From NCBI GenBank assembly GCA_041494705.1, contig JBGQBI010000001.1:360001-392000 (forward strand): DNA of 32,000 bases. Direction: 5' to 3'. Each line of letters opens with the position of its first letter. Position 1 is the first letter of the stretch. The translations under genes and the position numbers were made by a program. The notes under the pieces are model-generated. The model saw nothing but the letters and a program-made list of their open reading frames with translations, ran no database searches and was not told the origin of the DNA. The stretch comes from Candidatus Methanoperedens sp. Its GTDB lineage: Archaea; Halobacteriota; Methanosarcinia; Methanosarcinales; Methanoperedenaceae. This document shows, in pieces, positions 7,200-16,250 of this stretch.

Positions 7200-9290
7200 A
7201 TGAATGTTTACTCCCCGGAAAGAGGGATTGATTTGCCTTTAGACCATACCGATTTAAAAGAATTGAAAAAACGCGGGGATATTGAGGGGCTGCTGGGTAT
7301 CCTTGATACCGGCGACGTTAAGGAGTGCAGGGATGCGATATGCATTCTGGGCGAGCTTCGGAACAAGAAAGCTATCCGCCCCTTGATCATATTACTTGAG
7401 ACCGATGATGTCCAGATTCGCGCAAATGCAGCATGGGCTCTTGGCGAAATCGGGAATGTAAAGTCCGTGCTTCCACTGATCGCCCTTTTAAATGACCCGA
7501 GTGATAATGTTCGGATACATGCGGCATGGTCGCTTGGAAGGATAGGTGACAAACGGGCTGTTCCCGGGCTTATGGCTGTTTTAAAAAACGGTTCCACAGA
7601 TTTGAGAAAGCATGCAAGGGAAGCAATAGAGAGAATAGAATCGAACGGGAATGGCAACAGGTATGCTTATGAAAATGATGAGACCGATTTTTCTGAAAAA
7701 CGGGTTGATATCCCGCTCGTAACACTGGATATCCCATCTGATTTATTTAAATGCGAGTATTTATCACGCGTGGAAAACGGGGAAACAAAAACCGATTATG
7801 GCAATACAATCCAGTTCTCAAACGATTTGATGATAACGGATACGGAGGATTCAAACGGAACCGGTGAAAATACAAGAAAGATCGTTCTGGGCCTGAAAAA
7901 TGAATTTAATGGATTGGTTTCAGTCGATATTATTTTAAAATATAATGAAAACAATGGCTCTGACACGCAGACGAATTCGATATGGCTGCAAATGGAAAAT
8001 TTGAGAAAAAATAATCCAGCCGGCAGAAGTGCACCCGCAGGAGAACAGGAATGGGAGAAGGAGGAACAAACAGGAGCAATCAAAAGGAGAACACCGGGCA
8101 ATGGCGCAAAAAAAGTTCAATTAAAACCTTTGAGGAAACACAGACCTGCCGGATATGACCTGTCAGGCGAAGTGGCCGAAGATGAGACCAGGGCAGGAGA
8201 ATTGCCTTCTTTTGATTATGATTTTGATTACCCTGAAGAGAATACTGCAAAGAAAAAAGAAATTGTGAGACTTGAAAAGAGGTCTCATAAAAAGCCTGAA
8301 TCTGAGGAACCTGAATTAGAACCGGAAGCTGTTTCTATTAAAGAGAGCGTCAAATCCGAGAAAATAATACATGAGCCTGAAGTAAAGGCGAAAGTTGCCA
8401 GGCCGGAAACCGAACAGGTTAAAGAATCCGTCAAACCCGAGAAAAAATCACCTGAACCGGAAATTAAAGCGAAAGTTGCCAAACCCGAAATAGAAATGGT
8501 TAAAGAAACTATTAAACCTGAGAAAAAATTACCTGAACCTGAAGTAAAAGCCAGAGTCACTGAACCAGAAGTTAAAACCACTGTCATAAAACCGGAAGTT
8601 GAAGCCACAGAGACCGTTAAACCCATGAAAGCAGAACCTCATGCCCCACATGCAAAACCAGAGCCTGCCGCACCACTCAAAAAAGACCAGAATATCGATT
8701 CGGCTGTCAGGCTTTTAAGCGATATAGGGATGTCGGGAATGACAAACGCAGCGTCGACTGTCACCCAGTTATCTGGAGAGGAAGCCGAATCCAGCCATTC
8801 CCAGCTGCGCACCCTCCCGATTGAACAGATGCACGATGAAATAATCAGCCTTGGCGATTCGATAGTAATGATTGGAATCGAACTTCATGGAAAGGGCCCA
8901 ACCGGTGAAGTGAGAGGAGAGATGCAGTTGTATATATCAAGTGAAAATGCTCTGGATATCGCAAACGAACTTCTCTGCAATCCTCCGGACGCTGCATGCA
9001 AGGAGTTCACCGAGGATATAATTTCCACGTTAAAGGAAACAGCAAATATCTTTGGCGGGCAGTATATCAGCGCGGTATCTGAATATATCGAAGTTCCCTT
9101 ATTGCTTAAAGCCCCGACCTTCAAGACCGGCTCATCTTCAAAGATTGCAGAAGCCGCTATGAAAGAGATTGCCGGAAAAGTCGAATTCGCGCTTGCAACC
9201 AACCTGGCCCTGGGAATAAATAAAACCGGGAGGTTGATTATGCTGGTTGACCCGAAGTCGTTTGATATTATAATACAGAAACTGTTCTAA
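7200..9290 (+). CDS. HEAT_PBS-repeat protein fused through a long low-complexity linker to a CheC/CheX-like (CheY-P phosphatase family) domain
   Basis: The N-terminus has repeated ..AAWALGEIGNVKSVLPLIALLNDPSDNVRIHAAWSLGRIGDKRAVPGLMAVL.. units (PBS-lyase HEAT). The C-terminal ~190 aa contain S-TLK-E-TA-N-(22 aa)-P at nt 9024-9116, an exact match to the CheC-family consensus D/S-X3-E-X2-N-X22-P. I took the first ATG (7200) rather than the TTG at 7146. Confidence 0.75.
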   Translation: MNVYSPERGIDLPLDHTDLKELKKRGDIEGLLGILDTGDVKECRDAICILGELRNKKAIRPLIILLETDDVQIRANAAWALGEIGNVKSVLPLIALLNDPSDNVRIHAAWSLGRIGDKRAVPGLMAVLKNGSTDLRKHAREAIERIESNGNGNRYAYENDETDFSEKRVDIPLVTLDIPSDLFKCEYLSRVENGETKTDYGNTIQFSNDLMITDTEDSNGTGENTRKIVLGLKNEFNGLVSVDIILKYNENNGSDTQTNSIWLQMENLRKNNPAGRSAPAGEQEWEKEEQTGAIKRRTPGNGAKKVQLKPLRKHRPAGYDLSGEVAEDETRAGELPSFDYDFDYPEENTAKKKEIVRLEKRSHKKPESEEPELEPEAVSIKESVKSEKIIHEPEVKAKVARPETEQVKESVKPEKKSPEPEIKAKVAKPEIEMVKETIKPEKKLPEPEVKARVTEPEVKTTVIKPEVEATETVKPMKAEPHAPHAKPEPAAPLKKDQNIDSAVRLLSDIGMSGMTNAASTVTQLSGEEAESSHSQLRTLPIEQMHDEIISLGDSIVMIGIELHGKGPTGEVRGEMQLYISSENALDIANELLCNPPDAACKEFTEDIISTLKETANIFGGQYISAVSEYIEVPLLLKAPTFKTGSSSKIAEAAMKEIAGKVEFALATNLALGINKTGRLIMLVDPKSFDIIIQKLF
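8343..8585 (+). repeat. Three diverged in-frame tandem copies of an 81-nt (27-aa) unit inside the HEAT-CheC linker
   Basis: Units are at 8343-8423, 8424-8504 and 8505-8585. They encode ESVKSEKIIHEPEVKAKVARPETEQVK / ESVKPEKKSPEPEIKAKVAKPEIEMVK / ETIKPEKKLPEPEVKARVTEPEVKTTV. Confidence 0.85.
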
Positions 9291-9294
9291 ACAA

Positions 9295-10383
9295 TTAAGA
9301 AATATATACTTCGGTGCTGCGGACTACTTTTTCTACATCCCTTTCAAGCTTTGACAGCATTGTTTTATCAAGCTTCTTTCCTTTTAGCTGCTCAATGAAC
9401 ATAAGCGATTTCGTATGGTCATCCGGGAGGAGTTTCCATGTGGGACGTTCCACGTAATAATCTATCCCGTTCGCATAGGCTATCATTTTTTCGCAGACTT
9501 CCTCGCTTATCCATCCTATGTCAATATAATATTCAAGGACTTCTGTGAGGTTATTCCTTCCCACCTTTTCAAGTAAAAATTCTATCCAGTTAAGAAGTAT
9601 AATCGACGTTTCAGCTTTATTATCCAGATATTGCAGTTTTACATCCCCACCGGCTCTTGTTGCAGGAACTGCGCTCTCAACCTGTTCATGTATCCGGGAT
9701 GACGGCTCCGTAACCATGACTGGTTGCAGGGATTTTTGATCGATTAAGAGTTTAATCTCTTCCAATACCCGTTCGGAAACATTTTTTACCAGGACATCCT
9801 GATTCAATGCTGTTGAATTAATCACTTCGGTCAATGCCTGCAAACTGCCCTCGAGAGCTTTAAATTTAATATCATATTCTTCTTTTATATTCGGGGGAAG
9901 TTCCGGCGCTTTCTGGCTTAAGGCATCGATTTTTTTCTCCATCTGTTCGAGCTTTTCATTCGGGACATTTTCCTTGTCGCCAACAAACGGGTTTACAGTG
10001 CTGGATACCACTTCATATAATGATAATAATTCAAGAAGGCTTTCATCTATTTTATCCAATCTTTCTTTAAATTCATCCACCCGGTTTTTTGTCGCTGAGA
10101 CAGAACTCTCCACTTTGCTTATCTTTGTATCATACTCCTTGATGGATTCGGTCGTGGCGCTGATTTGTTCGGTTTTGGATTTCACTATCTCTTCAATCTT
10201 CTGGGTAATTTCTTCCTGCGCTTTTTTAACCTGTTCGGACAAATCAGGCATTGCTATTGATGGCGTACCTCCGGCTATTGGTACTCCTGCGCCGGGAGTC
10301 TTTTTTATCCTTTCGATTTTTTTAATAAGGGACTCTTCCGGCATCTTTAATTTTTTAAACTTTTCTGAAATATCCTCAAACAT
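9295..10383 (-). CDS. arlCDE: Archaellum accessory protein, ArlC (FlaC) - ArlD/E (FlaD/E) fusion
   Basis: A coiled-coil N-terminal half ends in LLELLSLYEVVSSTVNPF, the FlaC signature (..lYE.vs..iNPF). The C-terminal LLNWIEFLLEKVGRNNLTEVLEYYIDIGWISEEVCEKMIAYANGI matches the FlaD/FlaE domain signature. Confidence 0.8.
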   Translation of the reverse strand: MFEDISEKFKKLKMPEESLIKKIERIKKTPGAGVPIAGGTPSIAMPDLSEQVKKAQEEITQKIEEIVKSKTEQISATTESIKEYDTKISKVESSVSATKNRVDEFKERLDKIDESLLELLSLYEVVSSTVNPFVGDKENVPNEKLEQMEKKIDALSQKAPELPPNIKEEYDIKFKALEGSLQALTEVINSTALNQDVLVKNVSERVLEEIKLLIDQKSLQPVMVTEPSSRIHEQVESAVPATRAGGDVKLQYLDNKAETSIILLNWIEFLLEKVGRNNLTEVLEYYIDIGWISEEVCEKMIAYANGIDYYVERPTWKLLPDDHTKSLMFIEQLKGKKLDKTMLSKLERDVEKVVRSTEVYIS

Positions 10384-10483
10384 CGCCTTTATCCTTCATA
10401 TTATTTTTTTATAAATATGTTATTCTAAGTTATTACATTTTTGTTAATTTAAATTTATTGTATGTACGTGTTATTAAGCATAT

Positions 10484-10517
10484 TTCACACAAACTTCACA
10501 ACTGCGTTTATATAAAA
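10484..10517 (+). promoter_or_regulatory. Putative promoter with doubled box: TTCACAC-N4-TTCACAA-N5-TTTATATAAAA (upstream of the KaiC/ArlH-like gene)
   Basis: Boxes are at 10484-10490 and 10495-10501, with TATA at 10507-10517. GAGGT lies 6 nt before the ATG at 10549. Confidence 0.55.
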
Positions 10518-10548
10518 CATCAATGATACTTCATTGCAGAGGTCGTTT

Positions 10549-11304
10549 ATGAGAGTAAAAACAGGAATAGAAGGTTTAGATGAACTGATCGAAGGAGGTT
10601 TACCCAAGGATAGGCAGTACTTGATTAGCGGCTCCCCGGGCAGTGGGAAATCTACATTCGGAGTGCAATTTTTGGCTGGCGGGGCGCTTGCCGGGGAAGC
10701 CGGTGCATACGTTGTATTATCCGAAAGCGTAGATACTATTATCGAAGACATGTCCCGGTACAATCTGCACATCGAAGAACTGGTCAACAAGAAAAAACTG
10801 TTTTTTTTAGATCTCGGGCCGACGACCCAATACGGGGAATACGAAGAAGTTTCTTCGTTGATAACGCCAAATTATGAGCAGCGTGAAGCCGAATCTCCCG
10901 ATAACACTCCCCCCACGCCATATTCAGTGTTCAAGAATGTTGAGGCAGTGGTAAAGCAGCACAATATCAAGAGACTGGTAATAGACTCATTATCTGCCAT
11001 CAGGTTCACTTCATCGCAGGCGGCGCAGGAAGAGAAATCCATAAGCAGGTTCATCAGGAATCTTAAAACCCTTGGATGCACCACTTTACTTTTATCCGAA
11101 CTTACCAAGCCTGATGCTTATACCATTGAACAGTTCGCATCCCACGGCGTGATATTTCTCCATAATTTCCTGGATAACCAGAAAGGAATGGTGAGAGCGT
11201 TGCAGATAATTAAGATGCGGGGAACAAAACACGACTGTGAAATGCGCTGTATCGAATTCACGAATAAGGGCTTAATTGTCCAGAAACCGCTGAAAAAATA
11301 TTAA
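10549..11304 (+). CDS. Single-domain KaiC-like RecA-superfamily ATPase (possible ArlH/FlaH-type)
   Basis: TGIEGLDELIEGGLPKDRQYLISGSPGSGKSTFGVQFL gives the KaiC-type N-terminus with Walker A. KRLVIDSLSAI is Walker B-like. Size is about 250 aa and it is divergent from arlCDE. I chose the ATG at 10549 over the TTG at 10534. Confidence 0.75.
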   Translation: MRVKTGIEGLDELIEGGLPKDRQYLISGSPGSGKSTFGVQFLAGGALAGEAGAYVVLSESVDTIIEDMSRYNLHIEELVNKKKLFFLDLGPTTQYGEYEEVSSLITPNYEQREAESPDNTPPTPYSVFKNVEAVVKQHNIKRLVIDSLSAIRFTSSQAAQEEKSISRFIRNLKTLGCTTLLLSELTKPDAYTIEQFASHGVIFLHNFLDNQKGMVRALQIIKMRGTKHDCEMRCIEFTNKGLIVQKPLKKY

Positions 11305-11416
11305 GGGGTTTTGAGCTATTACAGGTAAACAGGCTGATAAGGAGCGGCTCATAAAAAAAATTTCCGAGCTGGGATTTGAAGTCGGATACAAGAATCACTC
11401 AGAAATTGGCTGGGTA

Positions 11417-11746
11417 TTGAGAGAATATAATGCCCTTATTAAAGAAGCCCTGGATCTTGGGATTAAATCGCCTGAAACTTATTATTATGAAGGAAAAATA
11501 AAAGGAAAAGCGGGCAGGGACAGGGGGATAGTGGGGCATAAAGTCCAGGAAGAAAAAGAGGAGATAGTTTCGGGCAATGTACCGGCCAAGGATAATGAGG
11601 ATGCAATCAAAACAAAAAAAGAAACCAAATCATATAAGTTACTTAAAAAACCCGATTTTAACTGTATTCCTCATCTGGTTAAAAAAATCAGCATGATAGA
11701 ATTCCCGCAATTTCTCGGGGGATTCAAGCTTTTCAACAGGAAATAG
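11417..11746 (+). CDS. Hypothetical K/E-rich small protein with uncertain start
   Basis: The open frame runs from 11315 with no ATG or GTG before the TTG at 11417. I recognised no domain and the C-terminal half is low-complexity. It may be spurious or may use an unusual start. Confidence 0.3.
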   Translation: MREYNALIKEALDLGIKSPETYYYEGKIKGKAGRDRGIVGHKVQEEKEEIVSGNVPAKDNEDAIKTKKETKSYKLLKKPDFNCIPHLVKKISMIEFPQFLGGFKLFNRK

Positions 11747-11778
11747 TTCACACTTTCTTCACAAATCGATTTATAAAG
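11747..11778 (+). promoter_or_regulatory. Putative promoter with doubled box: TTCACAC-N4-TTCACAA-N5-TTTATAAAG (upstream of MCP1)
   Basis: Boxes are at 11747-11753 and 11758-11764, with TATA at 11770-11778. Spacing is identical to the 10484 and 14626 sites. Confidence 0.55.
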
Positions 11779-11887
11779 AAGAGATTTTCATCTTGCCAAT
11801 TACGGTGAAAAAGCAGTTTTGCTGCTTATGAACAATAGAGAAAGTCCGAAAAACGAAAATGTATTAAAATGGAAAACGGAGGATTTT

Positions 11888-14062
11888 ATGGTAAGTATTA
11901 AAGATATGTCTCTAAGCAAGAAGCTTCTGGGCGGATTCGGCCTTGTCAGCATCTTGCTTATAATAGTGGCTGTGATAAGCATCACTTCCCTCAGTTCCCT
12001 TGACAGCGAGACAAAATCGTTGTTGGGAAATGAAGTAACATTGAAAGAAAAAGCTCTTAATATAGATGTAAAAATGCTTGAGGCAAGACGCTCCGAGAAA
12101 GACTTCCTGATGCGGCTTGATCCGAGCTATGTTGATCTGGTGACAAAAGCTACTGCCGAAGTCAAGCAAAATGCGACAGACATAAAGAAGCTTGATGTCC
12201 CGCAGGAAAGAAAGGATATGGCAGATAAAATAGTGCTGTTGATTAATCAATATGAAACCAAGTTCCTGGAGGTCGTCCAGCTCTATAAGACAAAAGGACT
12301 GGATGAGAATTCAGGGCTACAGGGTGAACTCAGGACTGCGGTGCATGGCGTTGAAGATGACATTAATAAACAGAAGGATAGCGTGCTCCTGGCAGATATG
12401 CTGCAATTGAGAAGGAATGAGAAGGATTACATGTTGCGGGGAGACATTGTGTATCAGAAGACATTACACGATAACGAAAAGATACTCATGAAGGACCTTG
12501 CAGCAAGCAAGATGCCGCAGAATGTTAAAGATGATATTAATAACAAGCTTAAAACCTATACCGCATCGTTTGATAAGTTGGTGGATGTAGACGGCCAGAT
12601 TACAACCAAAATAAATGAATACAGGGATGTTGTCCACCAGATTGAGCCGCTTGTCGCTGAATTTTCTGCCGATGCCGATACGGATAAAGCAGCAAAAATC
12701 GCCGAAAGCGATAAGATGAATTCAACGGCTAAAGCATCTGTAATAATAATATCTATTATAGCAGTGGTAACAGGTCTCGGTATCGGGGTATATATCTCCC
12801 GGGCAATCACCAAACCTGTGGACAGCATGCTCCAGGCATCCAATAAAGTCGCAGCTGGCGACCTTACAGTCCAGCTCACAAATGATTCAAAGGATGAGGT
12901 CGGGCAGCTTTCCATGGCCATATCGACCATGACCGAGAGCTTAAGAGGCGTTCTTTCCAAAGTCCAGGGCTCGGCACTGAGAGTAGCCTCAACAGCCCAG
13001 GAACTCTCAGCATCAAGCGAAGAGATGAAAGCCTCCACCGACCAGATATCCAGCACCACGCAGGATATTGCTTCCGGAGTGAGCCAGCAGGCATCGAAGA
13101 TGGTGGAAATAACGAGGACAGTAAAAGAGATGGCAGACAGCGTACAGCAGGTTGCAGTAAATTCCCAGAAAGCAGCAGAAAGCGCTACTTCAGCCAGCAA
13201 TACCGCCCAGGAAGTGGGCAAGATGTCCAATGATGTGGCGAGCAAAATATCGGAAATCAGGACGACCGTGGATAACTCAGCGTCTGTAATAAAAGAGCTT
13301 GACGGCAGGTCGCAAAAGATTGGTGAAATAATAGGTGTGATAACAAATATTGCAGACCAGACAAACCTCCTTGCATTGAACGCAGCTATCGAAGCTGCAA
13401 GAGCAGGAGAGCACGGCAGGGGTTTTGCTGTAGTCGCTGATGAAGTCAGGAAGCTTGCCGAGGAATCAAGAAATGCCGCAAACCAGATAACTTCACTGAT
13501 AAAAGAAGTCCAGCTGGGAACAAAACAGGCAGTTGATAGCATGGAACAGGGCACCAGGACCGTAGGCGAGGGTGCCAAGACAATCGAGGATGCAGTATCT
13601 GCTATCAATAAGATTGTCACCGCTGCCGGGGAAGTCGCCACCATGGTTCAGGAAATCGCGGCAGCGGCGCAGGAACAGTCTGCCTCGGTTGAAGAGGTTG
13701 CTGCTTCGGTTGAAGATGTATCTGCAATAAGTGAAGAATCCGCTTCAGGCACAGAGGAAGTTTCGGCAGCAGCAGAAGAGCAGGCTGCTTCAATGGACCA
13801 GATGGTGAACGCCGCCCAGGAACTTGCTAAACTGTCAAACGAACTACAGGCAGAAGTTTCGAAATTCAATCTGGGAGAGGCGGTATCCCGGGTCTTTAAA
13901 CAGGCAGAACAAATTAAGCATGAACCTGTAAAGCAGAAAGAGGCAGCGGCGAAGCAAGTGCATACAGAGACGCATGACCAGAAATCCGGAACCAGACAAA
14001 ATGATTCAATGAAAACAGGGAAAAAGACGGTATCTCATGCAGATGAAACAAAGCCGGAATAG
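11888..14062 (+). CDS. Methyl-accepting chemotaxis protein with a large helical extracellular sensor domain, HAMP and signalling domain
   Basis: Start is the ATG at 11888, preceded by GGAGG. TM1 is [22 protein letters not shown]. The ~280-aa ectodomain has two RR(S/N)EKD(F/Y)(L/M)(M/L)R modules. TM2 is [21 protein letters not shown], followed by HAMP. The conserved hairpin tip is [38 protein letters not shown]. Confidence 0.9.
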   Translation: MVSIKDMSLSKKLLGGFGLVSILLIIVAVISITSLSSLDSETKSLLGNEVTLKEKALNIDVKMLEARRSEKDFLMRLDPSYVDLVTKATAEVKQNATDIKKLDVPQERKDMADKIVLLINQYETKFLEVVQLYKTKGLDENSGLQGELRTAVHGVEDDINKQKDSVLLADMLQLRRNEKDYMLRGDIVYQKTLHDNEKILMKDLAASKMPQNVKDDINNKLKTYTASFDKLVDVDGQITTKINEYRDVVHQIEPLVAEFSADADTDKAAKIAESDKMNSTAKASVIIISIIAVVTGLGIGVYISRAITKPVDSMLQASNKVAAGDLTVQLTNDSKDEVGQLSMAISTMTESLRGVLSKVQGSALRVASTAQELSASSEEMKASTDQISSTTQDIASGVSQQASKMVEITRTVKEMADSVQQVAVNSQKAAESATSASNTAQEVGKMSNDVASKISEIRTTVDNSASVIKELDGRSQKIGEIIGVITNIADQTNLLALNAAIEAARAGEHGRGFAVVADEVRKLAEESRNAANQITSLIKEVQLGTKQAVDSMEQGTRTVGEGAKTIEDAVSAINKIVTAAGEVATMVQEIAAAAQEQSASVEEVAASVEDVSAISEESASGTEEVSAAAEEQAASMDQMVNAAQELAKLSNELQAEVSKFNLGEAVSRVFKQAEQIKHEPVKQKEAAAKQVHTETHDQKSGTRQNDSMKTGKKTVSHADETKPE

Positions 14063-14071
14063 GAGATAAAA

Positions 14072-14599
14072 ATGGCAGAGAAAACTCAAGACCCAAAGGC
14101 ACAACCATCAGCGAACGACGAGCTCCAGCTCGTCGTTTTCATGATAGGCAGCGAAGAATTCGGTGTTGAGATAACCAACGTGCAGGAGATTATCCGCATG
14201 ACCAGCATCACCAGGATTCCCCAGGCGCCGAATTACGTCAGGGGAATAATCAACCTCAGGGGCCGGATTATAGTTGTGCTCAACCTGAATGTGATAATGG
14301 GCATGGAAAGCAAAGAGCAGGACGAGAATACGCGCATTGTGGTTGCGAACATCGGCGAGACTGTGATGGGTTTCATTGTTGACTCCGTAAGTGAAGTCAT
14401 CCGCCTCCCCCAGAAGAACGTTGAGCCTGCACCGGCTGTTATCGCTAACAAGATAGGCACGGAATATGTCCGGGGAGTTGGCAAGATGGATAACAGGCTT
14501 CTGATTCTCCTTGATCTTGATAAGTTACTCAGCGCAAACGAACTGCACAGTGTTCACACTATTTCCCAAGAAGCCGCAGAGGCAGCAGTAACAACCTGA
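14072..14599 (+). CDS. cheW: Chemotaxis coupling protein CheW
   Basis: 175 aa. LQLVVFMIGSEEFGVEITNVQEIIRMTSITRIPQAPNYVRGIINLRGRIIVVLNL is a canonical CheW core. It starts 9 nt after the MCP stop. Confidence 0.9.
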   Translation: MAEKTQDPKAQPSANDELQLVVFMIGSEEFGVEITNVQEIIRMTSITRIPQAPNYVRGIINLRGRIIVVLNLNVIMGMESKEQDENTRIVVANIGETVMGFIVDSVSEVIRLPQKNVEPAPAVIANKIGTEYVRGVGKMDNRLLILLDLDKLLSANELHSVHTISQEAAEAAVTT

Positions 14600-14613
14600 A
14601 AGACTGCCTCCTC

Positions 14614-14638
14614 TTTTTTTCTTTTTTCACACCTTTTT
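14614..14638 (+). terminator. Oligo-T tracts (T7, T6, T5) downstream of cheW-1; archaeal-type terminator candidate
   Basis: CTCTTTTTTTCTTTTTTCACACCTTTTT lies directly after the TGA at 14597-14599. It overlaps the next promoter's upstream box. Confidence 0.4.
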
Positions 14639-14656
14639 CACAAATTAGTTTATTAG
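14626..14656 (+). promoter_or_regulatory. Putative promoter with doubled box: TTCACAC-N4-TTCACAA-N5-TTTATTAG (upstream of MCP2)
   Basis: Boxes are at 14626-14632 and 14637-14643, with a TATA-like element at 14649-14656. AAGGAG lies 6 nt before the ATG at 14711. Confidence 0.5.
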
Positions 14657-14710
14657 TTAGATTGTATCTTTTTAATACTATCGAAAAAATCCAAACATAA
14701 GGAGATTCGT

Positions 14711-16243
14711 ATGGGATTAATAGATATTATAGATAAAGCAAATGAATTGACAATCGGCAGGTTCAATATTGGTATTAAAATCGCTTATAGTTTCATCGTG
14801 GTTGATGCGCTGATGCTAATTATAGCATATATGGGTTTATACGGTGACAGTGTCAGCGCTTTTATTGACCCTAAACAGGCAATCATCCTTGTTATTTTTT
14901 TCGTAATATTTTCATCCATACTAATGTGTCTCGGATTGACCCGTTCTATCATGAAGCCGCTGAATAGTTTTATCAATGCCGCTGACAGGATAGCTGAGGG
15001 GGATTTGACAACAGAAGTGGATGTCTCGTCAAAGGACGAACTCGGACAGCTTGCAGCATATTTCCAGAAAATGACCGGAAATCTGCGGCATTTAACAGGC
15101 AAAGTCCAGGACGTCTCATTAAGAGTTGCGAATACAGCCCAGGAACTATCGGCATCAAGCGAGGAAATGAAAGCTTCATCAGACCAGATATCAAGCACAA
15201 CGCAGGATATTTCCAATGGGGTGAGCCAGCAGGCTTCCAAGATGGCTGAAGTAAGCCGCGCCATGAAAGAGATGGCTGAGAGCGTCCAGCAGGTTGCTCA
15301 AAACTCCCAGAAAGCGGCCGAAGGCGCGACATCTGCCAGCGCAACCGCCCAGCAGGTGGGCAGAATGTCAGGCGATGTGGCGCAAAAGATGGCAGAAATC
15401 CAGGGAAGTGTGGATAATTCAGCGACAGTTATAAAACAGCTTGACGGCAAATCACAGCAAATAGGCGAAATTATCAGCGTGATAACCACTATCGCAGACC
15501 AGACAAACCTTCTTGCCCTGAACGCTGCCATAGAAGCCGCAAGAGCAGGAGAGCACGGCAGGGGTTTTGCGGTAGTTGCAGATGAAGTGCGCAAACTTGC
15601 CGAGGAATCAAGAAATGCCGCGAACCAGATTACCTTGTTGATAAAAGAGATACAGCAGGGCACAAAGCAGGCTGTAACGACAATGGAACTGGGCACAAAA
15701 ACTGTTGGTGAAGGCGCCAGGACCATAGAATCCACGGTATCGGCAATCAACCAGATAGTAAAGGCGGCAGAAGATGTGGCTACGATGATCCAGGAAATAG
15801 CTGCAGCCGCGGAAGAACAGTCAGCATCGGTTGAAGAGGTAACAGCTTCGGTTGAGGACGTTTCATCAATAAGCCAGGAATCGGCTGCAGGCACACAGGA
15901 AACATCAGCGGCGGCACAAGAGCAGGCAGCGTCAATGGACATGCTTGTGAATGCAGCCCAGGAACTTGCAAGATTATCAAGCGAGTTACAGGTTGAAGTG
16001 GGTAAGTTCAAACTCGGCGATGCTGTAACAACAGATTTAAAACAGGTTCATGAACCGGTAAGGATTGAGCAAAAACCTGAGATTGAACACCGGACCGGAA
16101 AGGAAGCGGAACATAAAGCTATTCATGAAAAAATTAAGAAACACAAGCCAGCGGAAAAAGGTAAGGCTGCAAAGAAGGATGAAAAAGCCAGGGCTAAGAA
16201 CAGTTCCTCAGGTTCAAACCCTGATGAAGACATGACAAAATAG
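14711..16243 (+). CDS. Methyl-accepting chemotaxis protein (transducer) with two TM helices and almost no extracellular loop
   Basis: TM1 [23 protein letters not shown], a ~12-aa loop, and TM2 [21 protein letters not shown] are followed by HAMP. The signalling domain is near-identical to MCP1 ([38 protein letters not shown]). Confidence 0.9.
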   Translation: MGLIDIIDKANELTIGRFNIGIKIAYSFIVVDALMLIIAYMGLYGDSVSAFIDPKQAIILVIFFVIFSSILMCLGLTRSIMKPLNSFINAADRIAEGDLTTEVDVSSKDELGQLAAYFQKMTGNLRHLTGKVQDVSLRVANTAQELSASSEEMKASSDQISSTTQDISNGVSQQASKMAEVSRAMKEMAESVQQVAQNSQKAAEGATSASATAQQVGRMSGDVAQKMAEIQGSVDNSATVIKQLDGKSQQIGEIISVITTIADQTNLLALNAAIEAARAGEHGRGFAVVADEVRKLAEESRNAANQITLLIKEIQQGTKQAVTTMELGTKTVGEGARTIESTVSAINQIVKAAEDVATMIQEIAAAAEEQSASVEEVTASVEDVSSISQESAAGTQETSAAAQEQAASMDMLVNAAQELARLSSELQVEVGKFKLGDAVTTDLKQVHEPVRIEQKPEIEHRTGKEAEHKAIHEKIKKHKPAEKGKAAKKDEKARAKNSSSGSNPDEDMTK

Positions 16244-16250
16244 GAACGCC

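Noticed and set aside
8343-8585. Whether the regularly spaced 81-nt repeats could be a CRISPR-like array.
   Set aside because: The units are contiguous with no spacers, are diverged, and are in frame within a long ORF. They encode a coherent 27-aa repeat. No cas genes are present.
10549-11304. Whether the KaiC-like ATPase indicates a circadian clock system.
   Set aside because: It is a single RecA-like domain of about 250 aa, not a double-domain KaiC, and no kaiA or kaiB is nearby. Single-domain KaiC-like ATPases are widespread in archaea, and ArlH is one of them.
12556-13644. 362-aa ORF on the minus strand inside MCP1. There are similar ORFs at 15298-16011, 13648-13869 and 14785-15264.
   Set aside because: These are antisense shadows of the Ala/Ser/Glu/Gln-rich MCP signalling-domain coding sequence. 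The products are low-complexity S/A/T-rich with no start context, and the plus-strand MCP frame has unmistakable conserved motifs.
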